Positions 52,970 through 62,922 of a stretch of 64,000 bases of DNA are shown piece by piece. The notes beneath the pieces are model-generated. The model did not search any database, was not told where the DNA came from, and saw nothing but the letters and a program-made list of their open reading frames with translations. Made by a program: the position numbers and the translations under genes. The stretch spans positions 3,104,001-3,168,000 of the forward strand of contig OZ219791.1 of NCBI GenBank assembly GCA_964291215.2. The letters run 5' to 3'. This DNA is from Alphaproteobacteria bacterium (GTDB lineage: Bacteria > Pseudomonadota > Alphaproteobacteria > MPNO01 > UBA830). Position 1 is the first letter of the stretch; every line of letters starts with the position of its first letter.

Positions 52970-54222
52970 GCGGTTTTGCCCGTTCTTGCGTATGGATTCG
53001 AGAGAGTTCCGGTTCGGGTTCTGTCAGATCCCCGGGGCCGCGCCGCCCCCGGTCGTTCGGCGGGGCGGGCCGAGGTCGCGGGCGAATAGGGCCTTCGGAC
53101 AGCGACCGGACCGGTAGCTGTCATGGTGCAGCGTATGCGAGGCCGATACCAGACTGGTAGTTTCGCAGGAGCAAGTCCATGTCCAGCGGGGGCGGAAGGG
53201 GCCTCCATGTCAGGCGGGGTCCGGCGGAGCGGCGCCCAACCTCCCGATATCGCGCATGTGTTTGCAGCAAACACGGGAGCTACCAATCCGGTGCGACCTT
53301 TCCCGGCATGACAGGAGCGGACAGACCTGCGCCCGCCCGCGGCATGGGCGGCCAGCAGCGGACACGTGCAGCCATGGCAACGCCTGCATCAAGGATGCGT
53401 CGGGTGTGACGGTAAAACTCCGAACGGAGTCGAGATCGGGCGAGGTTGCCCTGCACACCACCATCGCCTGAAACGCCGGCGTCACAAGGGACGGGAGCCG
53501 TCGCGGCGATTGAGCGAGACGACCGGTCCGCGATCTTCGGGCGCGTTCCGCGTTGTCGTCCGGTCGCAGAGGTAACAGAACGCGGCGCGGCGTGCAAACG
53601 GCGGAGGGCAGTCTTCACACATGGCGCACCGGAGCCGGCGGCGTTACCTCGGCGACACGGGCGCCGCCGCACATGTTCCGCGGAGCCGAAGGACGCCGCG
53701 CACATGTTACCGCGATACAGGCGTGCTGGACGAAAGCGGGGCTGTTCAGGGTGATCGCGTGCTGCTCACACATTGCCGCAGACGCAGACGGGGATGGCGC
53801 ACCCGTTACCGCGGCGTCGGCCGCGCGGGTGCGGTGACGGTTGCGATAGCCGTTGCGATCGGAGGCGCCGACGGCGGCGCCTGCACGACTGCGGGCAGCG
53901 GTGCGAAGCACGGTGTCGTGCCGGTCCGGCAGCAGCGCCGGCAGTGGGCGGGTCAGCAGTGCCTGCGGCCCTGCGCCGGGCTCGGCGCAGCCCGCGATGC
54001 ACCCATGCGAAGCATGGTGCAGCGGCGCGTGATGCGGCAGCCCCGGATCGCAGTCCGGGGCAGGTGCCGCAACGGCGAGCGGCGAGCGACAGCGAGCCGG
54101 AGCACGAACGCGGCGCGGAGCGCGCGCGAGGTGTCGGCGGCGCAGCGCGACGGGTGTGCGCATACGGAGACGGACCGCGCCGCCGCCGGAGCGGAGACGA
54201 CGCGGCCCGTGGGTGCTGCGTG

Positions 54223-54843
54223 TCAGGCGGGGCAGCGCATGACCGGGATGCCGAGGCTGCGGGCCTTGTCGACGAGGTTGTCGGTGATGCCGGAGCCGGG
54301 GAAGGCGATGACGCCCTTCGGCAGGAGGTTGAGCAGGTCGTCGTTGCGGCGGAACGGAGCGGCGCGACCGTGGCGGTCCCAGTCCGGTTTGCAGACGACC
54401 TGGTGGACGCCGTTGCGCTCGGCCCAGCTTGCGGCGATCTTCTCGACGCCGGGGCCGCCGCCATGGACGAGGACGAGGTCGGCATACTTGGCGCGGACCT
54501 TGTCGAGGCGCTCGATGACGGCCGCCGGGTTTGCGATGTCCTTTCCGCCTGCGATGGCGACGAGGGTTCCCTGGGGCAGGTGGGCCTGTGTCTTGCGGTC
54601 CTTTCGGGCGCGGACGAAGTCGCGGGCGTCGATGGCTGCGGAGGTCAGATGTCCGGTCTGGCTGGCGTGGCTGCCGCGCCGGGGCCGCCATGTGTTGCCG
54701 GTGACGGTGCGGTAGGCTTCGGCGGCCTCGTCGCGGAGAGCCTCGAAGGCGTCGCGTCGGTCGCCGAAGAGTGCGGCGTTGTCGCAGACGATCGCGGTTG
54801 CGGACTGCGCGGCGGTCTTGATGGTGTCGGTATGGAAGGTCAT
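54223..54843 (-). CDS. DUF2493 / YspA-SLOG family protein of conjugative elements
   Basis: LVLVHGGGPGVEKIAASWA...PDW..HGRAAPFRRND...GVIAFPGSG. SD AAAGGA. Confidence 0.85.
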   Translation of the reverse strand: MTFHTDTIKTAAQSATAIVCDNAALFGDRRDAFEALRDEAAEAYRTVTGNTWRPRRGSHASQTGHLTSAAIDARDFVRARKDRKTQAHLPQGTLVAIAGGKDIANPAAVIERLDKVRAKYADLVLVHGGGPGVEKIAASWAERNGVHQVVCKPDWDRHGRAAPFRRNDDLLNLLPKGVIAFPGSGITDNLVDKARSLGIPVMRCPA

Positions 54844-55229
54844 GTCGTTTTCCTTTCGGTTTTCACGTTCGGGGCCGATCCCCGTTGTGATGTCCTGTCG
54901 GGACACGCGCGCGGACCGCAGCCACCGGGGCCGGAATGAATGGCCTGGCGGGATGCGCGAGTGGTGCGGGCGCACAAGCGAGCGCAGCAAGCGCGGAGCC
55001 ACGGTCGCGCATTCCGCTAGGCCCAGGCGCGCCCGCGCCGTTTCATTCCGAGTCCCGGCCGGAACGGAGCGCGAGCGGAGTGGAGGACCCCGCAGGGGTT
55101 GGCGGAGGGAGCCCGTGTGGCACAATGGGACAGCACAGCACCCGGCCAATTCTCTCGCCCTGCACGGACCCCATCGGCGGTTCGGCCGGCACGGTGCCGG
55201 AGCGGGAGGCGCCGTTGCCCGCCCTTGCG

Positions 55230-55457
55230 TCAGTTCCACAGGGGATGGGAGTCGACCCGCTGCCGGGCGACCTCGCGGATGCGGGTGCGGTCGTGGAGAT
55301 ACACCGGCCCGCGCGGGTCCTCGTCGAGATGTATGGCGAACACCCTGCGCCCCGGCCGGGTGCTGTCGTCGAAGGCGTGGACGTCGCCGACATGGTCGCC
55401 GTCCCGGTAGATGCGGGATTCGTCGGGGGCGATGCGGCGAAAGGTGATGGTGCTCAT
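55230..55457 (-). CDS. Small hypothetical protein
   Basis: GGAGAACCCG-ATG start; MSTITFRRIAPDESRIYRDGDHVGDV... Confidence 0.6.
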   Translation of the reverse strand: MSTITFRRIAPDESRIYRDGDHVGDVHAFDDSTRPGRRVFAIHLDEDPRGPVYLHDRTRIREVARQRVDSHPLWN

Positions 55458-55639
55458 CGGGTTCTCCGGGTAGCGTGACGGGTGCGCGAGCGGGCTCCCT
55501 CTCCTCCTCGCGCGGTTCACCCGCTTTCCAGCCTCGCTCCCACTCCCGTATGCGCCGCGGCGAGACTCGAACCTGCCCGCATGAGAAAAGGGCCGGCGCG
55601 CGAGGCGCCGACCCTGTGGGGAGGGAAGAACGGGAAGCT

Positions 55640-56086
55640 CTAGAACGGGATATGGTTCCCATCCATCGGGTCGCCACCGGCCGGCGCGGCGCAGCCCGCC
55701 GCGTCCGGGCCGGGCTGCGCGGCGTTGCCGTTCGCCTTGTCGAGGAACTGGACGCGCCCGCCGGGCACGAGCAGGATCTCGGTCGAGAAGCGGTCCGAGT
55801 CCTCGCCCGGCTTCGACCAGCACCGGGTCTGGAGCTTGCCGTCGATGTAGACCAGCCGGCCCTTCATGGCGTGCCTGGCGAGCATGTCGATCAGCCCGTC
55901 CTGGAAGGTCACGACCCGGTGCCACTCGGTCCTGTCGATCCGCTCGCCGCTGCCGTTCCGGTCGATGTAGCTCTCGTCGGTGGCAACGCTCAGATTGGCG
56001 ACGCGGCCGCCGTTCTGCAGGTGGTTGATGGTGACGTCCGCGCCGAGGCGGCCGATGATCTGCGCCTTGTTCAGTCCGAAGCTCAT
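55640..56086 (-). CDS. ssb: Single-stranded DNA-binding protein
   Basis: NKAQIIGRLGAD, TEWHRVV, KGRLVYIDGKLQTR and C-terminal IPF. Confidence 0.93.
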   Translation of the reverse strand: MSFGLNKAQIIGRLGADVTINHLQNGGRVANLSVATDESYIDRNGSGERIDRTEWHRVVTFQDGLIDMLARHAMKGRLVYIDGKLQTRCWSKPGEDSDRFSTEILLVPGGRVQFLDKANGNAAQPGPDAAGCAAPAGGDPMDGNHIPF

Positions 56087-56617
56087 TGCGATACTCCTTC
56101 AGGTTCGCGTTGATGACGATGGGATGCGAACGACCGGAGCCGGGGTCACTCCCCCGAACCCCCGCCCGTTCAATCTCTTCAGGCCCTCCTCCCCTCTATG
56201 CCGCCGGAGGGAACGACGACCACGGGTTCCGGGGCTCCGCCGCCTCTTGGAGGGACATCCCGAACGCCGGTTCCGGGAAGAGGCTCGCGAAGCCGTGCTC
56301 CGGACAGGCCGCGCCCCGGTCGGGACAGCGGATGGCGCGCTCGTCCCCGGCGATCTCGCGGACGGTGCGACGCCGAGTTCGGCGAGCAGGTCGCAGCCGA
56401 GCGGAAGGTCGAGGGGTGTATCGGGATGGAACATGGGGGGCTCCTTTGCCGTTGCCCTGCGACCTGTGCCGGACATCGATCCGGCATCGGCGGGGAGTCC
56501 TCTCCTCCGTCCTGCCGGACACTCGCCCGGCAGGCGCTTCACCCCTCTCCACGACACAGGGACGGCGCGGCGGATCGCGGCCAGGCGAGCGCCGCCATCG
56601 CCGCCCGGGACAGCATG

Positions 56618-57631
56618 TCAGATCCAGGCGGTGAAGGAGGCGGTGACGGGGGCGTCGGCGACGATCTCGACGCGGTTGCGGTCGAGCTTCCCGAAGGCGA
56701 GGCAGAGGGCGACATCGGCCGGATCGTCGAACGGACCGTGCTCGCGGCCGGTCTCCAGTTCGATCACGGTCCAGACCGGCTCGTGGACCGGGGTGCCCCT
56801 GAAATGCGCCGAGCCTTGATACGACCTCTCGGCACAGGGCGCACAGCGCGCCGCCCCCTGTGACGGCGCCCCGCAGGCCGTGCACAGGCCGGCGGCCCGG
56901 CGTCGGGCGTACAACTGCCGCGAGCGTGCGTTCTTGCGCTCCGGGTTATGGCTGGCCTCCTCGATGGCGGCGCAGGGGCCGCAGCGCGAGAGGCCGGCCG
57001 GCTGCCCGCAGCGTGTGCAGCGGCCCCCGGCCCTGCGTTCGTCATATTGCCGCCGTTCCGCCGCCTGCCTCCTGTCCCGGCAGGGCTGGCAGGTGGTTCC
57101 GCACTCGACGGGGGGACGCCTGCCGCAGCGGATGCAGAGGCCGGCCTCGGCCCTTGCCTTCTGGCGGCGCCTGCTCTTGAGGCGGGCGGCCTTGCGTTTC
57201 GCCTCCGCATTGGCGCCGCCATAGGGCAGCCCGGCGGCCTTGCAGGCGGCGTAGCGGGCGCGGTCGTCGGCGCGGCGCTTCTCCAGGCACGGCTCGCACG
57301 ACGCGCGGCCATCGGCGGCCGGCTGCTTGCCGCAGCGGGTGCAGAGGCCTTTGGCGGCCCTTTGTTCCCTCTTGCTGCGGGTGCGCTGGCGCTCGGACTG
57401 CCGGACGGTTTCGGGGTCCCTTCGCGGCATGCCCGCGGCGCGCGGGCGGGCATCGCGGGCGCGGCCGGCGCGGTTGCGCTTGGCGGCGCACCCGGCGCAG
57501 ACGCTGCGCCCCGGCGCGGGCGGGACCTTGCCGCAGCGCGGACACAGGTCTTGGGCGATACGCGATGCGGTGCGCCGGGCGATACGCTCGCGGTCGCGGG
57601 CCTTGCGGACTTCCGGGTTGCGGCAAGCCAT
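56618..57631 (-). CDS. Arg-rich protein with five CxxCG-x(6-11)-CxxC repeats
   Basis: LCPRCG..VCAGC, LCTRCG..SCEPC, LCIRCG..TCQPC, RCTRCG..RCGPC and LCTACG..RCAPC. GGAG SD. Confidence 0.75.
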   Translation of the reverse strand: MACRNPEVRKARDRERIARRTASRIAQDLCPRCGKVPPAPGRSVCAGCAAKRNRAGRARDARPRAAGMPRRDPETVRQSERQRTRSKREQRAAKGLCTRCGKQPAADGRASCEPCLEKRRADDRARYAACKAAGLPYGGANAEAKRKAARLKSRRRQKARAEAGLCIRCGRRPPVECGTTCQPCRDRRQAAERRQYDERRAGGRCTRCGQPAGLSRCGPCAAIEEASHNPERKNARSRQLYARRRAAGLCTACGAPSQGAARCAPCAERSYQGSAHFRGTPVHEPVWTVIELETGREHGPFDDPADVALCLAFGKLDRNRVEIVADAPVTASFTAWI

Positions 57632-57717
57632 GGCCATTCTCCCGGTGGATGATGCGGGGTCGGGCAGGAGACGCCCGGCCGGCGGCGGGCCGGCCGGACG
57701 TCCGGCGAGGCGGGCGG

Positions 57718-58044
57718 TCAGCCGCGCTGGCGGCGGTCGGCGAAGATCCCGAGACTGCGCCAGCCCCACAGCTGCACCCCGCAATGCCGCAGTCTGACCC
57801 CTGTCGCGATGATGATCTCGTCCCGGGCCGGACGCATCTCCTCAAGCGCCTTCGCGGTGACGATCGTGCCCCGGGCCTTGCGACGGCCCTTGCATTCCGT
57901 GCCGCCGGACCGGACGGGAACGATCTCGCCGTCGGCCTTCGAGACGTAGCGCTCGACGACATAACGGTCGTCCTCGAGACCGCCGCCGACGAAATGGATG
58001 AGATAGGTGCGCGCGTCGCCGCGCGGTGCGATTGCCGCCTGCAT
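57718..58044 (-). CDS. Hypothetical protein
   Basis: AAGGAG SD before ATG58044 and globular-looking composition. Confidence 0.5.
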   Translation of the reverse strand: MQAAIAPRGDARTYLIHFVGGGLEDDRYVVERYVSKADGEIVPVRSGGTECKGRRKARGTIVTAKALEEMRPARDEIIIATGVRLRHCGVQLWGWRSLGIFADRRQRG

Positions 58045-58283
58045 CGTACCGTGCTCCTTCGACAGGTGAATGGGAACGGCGGCAGCGCTACTCTCCCTCC
58101 GGAGCGCCGACCGCCGCCCCGCTCACGGCCAGACCTCGCCTCCTGCCGGTGGAAGACGCGTGGATGGAGACGCCGGCAGGACGGCCATGCAGCGGACAGG
58201 AGCGCGGCGCGAGTTGAAAAGCCACACCCGGCATCATAAAAAGCACTTCCAAACAGCGCACACGCCTCAATGCAAGGAGAAAG

Positions 58284-59778
58284 GTAACTACTCACCCCCT
58301 GGTTCCGGCTTGATGTCGGGGTAGAGCAACAAACGGGGTTTCGTGGAGATTTGACACTGCATGCCGATTCGCTTAGTGGTGGTCATCGAGAACGATGGGG
58401 ACCGCCAGTGGGCTACTTTGGATCGAAGGCGACGAGCGGGCTGTGCCAGCTGCTTCCGGGGCTCCAGCCTCCGCATGATCTGTATGTGGAAACGCATCTC
58501 GGAGGCGGCGCGCTGATGAAGCGCAAGGCCGGGTGATGGCGACGGGCGGCGCGCGAGGAGTTCGAAGCGGCCAAGGCGCTGCCGGCAAGGTGGCGGAAGA
58601 GGCCGTGATCCGCGTCCTCGTCATCCTGCTCGACATCCTCATCGTCGTCCTTCTGGAGAAGACCACGCACGAGCCGGAACTCCGGTCTGCCGCCGTCACA
58701 GACGGACAAGAGCGTGCCGGGAGCAACGGCCCGAAGCCGAACCGGCAGATGGGCGACAACCTGCGCAAGACCATCGTCGAGGAAACGGTCGCGGCCTGCG
58801 ACGCCTGCGGCGCTGACGGCCCCGTCGATCGGGAGCGCCGCGTCCTCTATGACATCGTGTTCGAGGTCGTCGAGCGCCGCGCCGAGGAATGCCCGAAGTG
58901 CAAGGCCCGGGGCCGGTTCCCCGACAACATCCCGTGCAGTACGGCATCGGCATTCAGGCCCTCGTCATCAACCTGCTGGTCGCCCAAATGCTGTCCCTGC
59001 GCCGTGCCGTCGCGTTCGTGCAGGTGATCTCCGGCATCAAGCTCTCCGAGGCCTCGGCTATGCTTTCACGATGCGTCATGGGAGGCCGCCGCCGTGGCGC
59101 ACCTCCTGCAACGCCCAGCCCTGCATGTCGACGAGACCGGATTTCGGATCAACAGTAAGTGGCTCCATGTCGTGGGACCCTGACGTGCAAGTTCCCGCAC
59201 CGCAAGCGCGGGCAAGAGATCGGCCCGTGCTACAAGGGCGTCCTGACTGCTGGGCCTCGTATATGGGCCAGTGTAGCCACCAGCTGTGCGGTAGCCACCT
59301 GCTGCGCGAACTGACCTTTGTCGTCGAGGCTACCGCGCGACTGATGAAGAGCCTGCTCCCTGCCACAAGGTCAACAAGAGCGCATCCAAAACCCTGAACG
59401 ACGCCGGGCGCAAGCGCTACCGCACCATCAGGGCGCCAGGGAACTGCCCGACATCCCGACGAAAGGAAAACGTGGACGCAAACGCGCACAACCTGCACGA
59501 ACGTCTCGTGAAACACGAAAACCTGCGCTTCACAGACGACCCTGATGTCAGCTTCACCAACAATGCCGGAGAACAGAAGATCAGGATGGCAAAGGTCAAG
59601 GTGTCCGGATGCTTCCGCTCCACGCAAAAGCATGGTGCCGGGGCTCAAGCTACCTCACCTCCATGGCCGCACTCGGCTACAACCCACTCGTCGCCACCCA
59701 GATCGCCCTCGACGGAAAAGCCGCAGACATCATCAACGAGCACTATGAATCAGAACCCAACAAGGGGTGAGTAGATAC
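58284..59778 (+). mobile_element. IS66-family element (single transposase, decayed) with 8-bp TSD GGAGAAAG
   Basis: IRs GTAACTACTCACCCC / GGGGTGAGTAGATAC. TSD at 58276-83 and 59779-86. Motifs HVDETG, HQLCGSHLLREL and FTNNAGEQKIRMAKVK.SGCFR. Confidence 0.92.
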
Positions 59779-59793
59779 GGAGAAAGCTACATC

Positions 59794-60201
59794 ATGGGGT
59801 ATTTTGAACTGGAACCCTTCGGTAGGGAACCCGACGGACACGAAGGATTTCCAAACTCGTACAGAGTGTACGACACCTTTCGGGGAAGAGTCTTTGTGGG
59901 GACCATAGTCTATATGACGGAGCTAAAGGTGTTTAGGTCTGCCAGCGTATATGATTCGGCGGAGGATCTAGAAACAGCTTTTAGCGTCTCAGTTAAGTCC
60001 AATGAAGAGTGGAAGGGGGATGTGTCCTACAAAGACACTACCCCAATTAGGGAAGCTAGGAAATTGTACAAACTGTATATGGCAAAATTAAATTTTAGGG
60101 AACGTCTGGCTAGGGCATTTGGTTATTGGTGGCCCACTTTCGTGAGTATTTGGGCGATAATTGAGATAATAGCATCAATCATCGCGATCACTTTGAAATG
60201 A
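59794..60201 (+). CDS. Low-GC hypothetical protein with C-terminal transmembrane helix
   Basis: SD GGAG in the TSD, AT-rich codons and hydrophobic end FVSIWAIIEIIASIIAI. Confidence 0.65.
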   Translation: MGYFELEPFGREPDGHEGFPNSYRVYDTFRGRVFVGTIVYMTELKVFRSASVYDSAEDLETAFSVSVKSNEEWKGDVSYKDTTPIREARKLYKLYMAKLNFRERLARAFGYWWPTFVSIWAIIEIIASIIAITLK

Positions 60202-60391
60202 TCACCAAAGTCAGACTGTGACACTACCCAAATCCGACCGTTCACACTACCCCGAGACAGCGATCAAGCCGTCAACTGCCGGATTTAGGGTCAACGGCGG
60301 CATGAACGGGCGGGGATCGATGGCGGGGCGCGGGTTCCCGGCCGCCGGCGCTTCTTCGGCTGCCGGCCGGGACGGTCGGCGCCCCCGGATA

Positions 60392-60661
60392 CCCGCGGCC
60401 GCATCCGGCACGGCATCGGCAGAGGCCGGGAGCCGTCTGGAGGCGGAGGTGGGCCACGGGTTCGGCCTTGCCGGTCCGGGGCCGCTGGCGGTGCTCACCC
60501 CCTGGGCGGGCTTGAGCCTGGCGGAGACGGACAGGCGCACCCTGCGCCTCGGCGCGCGCTACCGCCTCGGCGCGTGGCTCTCCCTCGGCCTCGAGGGCGC
60601 GCACCGGCCGGGCCCGGCTCTCGAAGACAGCCTCATGCTGCGCAGCGCGCTGCGATGGTAG
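60392..60661 (+). pseudogene. Orphan copy of the autotransporter 3' end
   Basis: SRLEAEVGHGFGLAGPGPLAVLTPWAGLSL...EDSLMLRSALRW matches 7832-8078. Confidence 0.9.
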
Positions 60662-60663
60662 TG

Positions 60664-60850
60664 TGAGGGCGGCGAACAAGGGAGTGCCAGCTTCTGCGGA
60701 GCCGATGGAGGAAAGGGGCTCGACCGAGGGGAAGCGGAATTGCCAGGCACGCGCGGAACCCAGTGTCGGGAAAGCGTGTACCGAGCGGCAGCGTGGATAC
60801 GAAAAGCTGCAGAGAGAAACCCGAAAGAGCGTTTCACTGCACTCCTCCAG
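60664..60850 (+). mobile_element. Group II intron internal fragment (pre-ORF region and RT N-terminus)
   Basis: GGCGGCGAACAAGGG...TGCGGAGC..TGGAG resembles 12749-12793, followed by IRKAAERNPKERFTALL. Confidence 0.7.
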
Positions 60851-60907
60851 GGCTCGGTAACGAACCCTCCTGCCCGACCTCCGCGGCAGTGCGCACGGGG
60901 CTGCCGG

Positions 60908-62278
60908 TCAGGTGATGGAGGGAGCGCCGGGCGCCGGCCCCATGTCGTCCGCGAGGCTGTCCGCGACGGTGGCGGCGGCGGTCTTCACCGGTTGCCGTGC
61001 AAGGTGGGCGTAGCGGGCGGTGGTCTGGATCTGGCTGTGGCCGAGGAGCCGGGCAATCGTCGGCAGGCTCTCGCCGAGCGCGAGCGCCCTGCTGGCGAAG
61101 CTGTGGCGAAGGTCGTGAAGCCGCATGTCCTCGAGTCCGGCCTCGCGGCGGACCACCCCCCACGACGAGTTGAGATTGGCGAGGTGCGTTCCGGGTCCGC
61201 GCCCGAAGATGACCCAGGGATTGCCGGGCGTGCGGGGAAGGCAGGCGAACACTGCGGCCACCCTTGCCGGCATCGGCACCATCCGCGCGCCGGTTTTCGA
61301 GTCGCGCAGCCGCATCTCGCCGGTGTCGAAGTTGAGGTCGTCCCACCGCAGGCCGAGGATCTCGTTGCGCCGGCATCCGGTCAGCACGAGAAGGTAGATG
61401 GCGGCCGCCGCATGGGGGGACGCCCGGCGGGCGCGGCCCTGAGCGCCTCGCCGGGAGAGTTCCTCGCGGGTGAGGAAGCGCTCGTGCTTCTCGACCCTGA
61501 AACGGGGCACGCTCCGGGCCGGGTTGCGCCCCGAGGGACACCAGCCCCACTCGTCGGCCAGATTGAACATCTTGACCAGAATGTCGGCCGCCCGGTTGGC
61601 GACGGTGGGGCTGTGATGCAGCGCGTCGTGGAAGCGCAGGATGTCCTTGTGCCCGACCTCGGCGACGAGACGCCCGCCGAGTGCGGGCACGATGTGCTTG
61701 CGCAGCGTGATCCGGTAGCGGGAGACGGTGGCCGGCTTGCAGTGCATCTCGACATGTTCGCGGAAGTAGCGGTCCGCGAGGTCGGCGACGGTGGGATCGT
61801 TGGCCGGGTCCTGCGGGGGCTGCCCCGTCTTGATGCGGACGATGACCTCGGCGCCTCCTTGCGGGTCGGCGGAGAACGGGTTGCCGTGCTCGCCGAGGGT
61901 CACGCGCCTGGAACGGCCGAAGGCTCGCGTCTGGACGACGAAGACCTTCTTGCCGCTCGCGTAGACGCGCAGGCCGAAACCGGGCAGCTCGCGGTCCTAG
62001 TGTTGTGTCCCGTAAATACGCGCATATAACCTTTCAAGCTTGTCGAAGATCGAATCTGCGGTTGCGACCCATACGAAAGGGGATGTGGATTTTCGGTGGG
62101 CAACCAGAGGGAAAGTTGGCGGCCGCGGGGCATATCGAAAGGCCTCCTGTTGCGAGAGAGACCGAGAATATATCACACTTATTTACGGGACACAACACTA
62201 GTAGACGGTGTCCCTGCCATCGGCGGGAAGACTGTCGACGATACGCTTGGAGAGGGTGCGGTACTGGCGTTGCGTCAT
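60908..62278 (-). pseudogene. Tyrosine integrase with Arm-DNA-binding N-terminus, disrupted
   Basis: MTQRQYRTLSKRIVDSL...DRELPGFGLRVYASGKK, LTGCRRNEI, RLHDLRHSFAS and LLGHSQIQTTARYAH. Contains a MITE insertion and deletions. Confidence 0.88.
61998..62200 (-). mobile_element. IS630-derived MITE (internally deleted)
   Basis: TIR TAGTGTTGTGTCCCGTAAATA at both ends in a CTAG context. Retains the IS630 C-terminus FVWVATADSIFDKLERLYARIYGTQH. Confidence 0.85.
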
Positions 62279-62764
62279 GGCGTCCTGCTCCGGAGACGAG
62301 GGCGTTCGGTCATGGCGACGATGAAAACGACGATGCCGGCTCCGCGTTCCGGCAGGTCCGGTCCGAATTCGGTCTGCGCCATCGCTCCCTCCGTCACGGC
62401 CTCGCCGAACCGGATTCGACGGATGGCGTCCTGCGGCGGAACGGGTCGATTTTCTCGTAAGCGCAGCGGGAATGCGAGCGTGCGAAACGGGTCGTAAGCA
62501 CTCGCTCTCTTGTCTCGTTTGGCGACTGTGGGTTCCATGGCCGCAATCTAGCGGACTGAAATAACCCTGTCAAAGCAAGCGCTTATGTCACACATGCCTC
62601 GAATGGAAGACCCTGGCAAGGATGCCGAAGCAGGTGCTTCATGGGAAGTTATTTACTTGCCCCAGATGTCTTCCGCGATCCCGCGCGTCGTCTTGCTAGC
62701 CCCGAGCCCGGCCAGCGCCGCCACCAGACGGCGGAAGGTGTGGGCGTGAGGGGGGGGGCGCAGC

Positions 62765-62862
62765 GACCGTCGCCGTCACCCAGGCCGTGGCGGCACCATC
62801 GCCGATAGCGTTCACCGCTCGCAGCTGTATTCGCTGCCGTTCTCCAAGCCCTCACCACATGG
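62765..62862 (-). pseudogene. Decayed FN3 module fragment
   Basis: The reverse complement reads HVV..GLENGSEYS..RAVNAIGDGAATAWVTAT across frameshifts, similar to autotransporter 3058-3158. Confidence 0.6.
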
Positions 62863-62922
62863 ATGCAGGCTAATTCAAAATACTATATTGATTTAGACTC
62901 AAAAATCACTATACTACGTGAC

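Noticed and set aside
53610-53820. Possible CRISPR array
   Set aside because: The repeats are short, degenerate and irregular, with no cas genes or leader.
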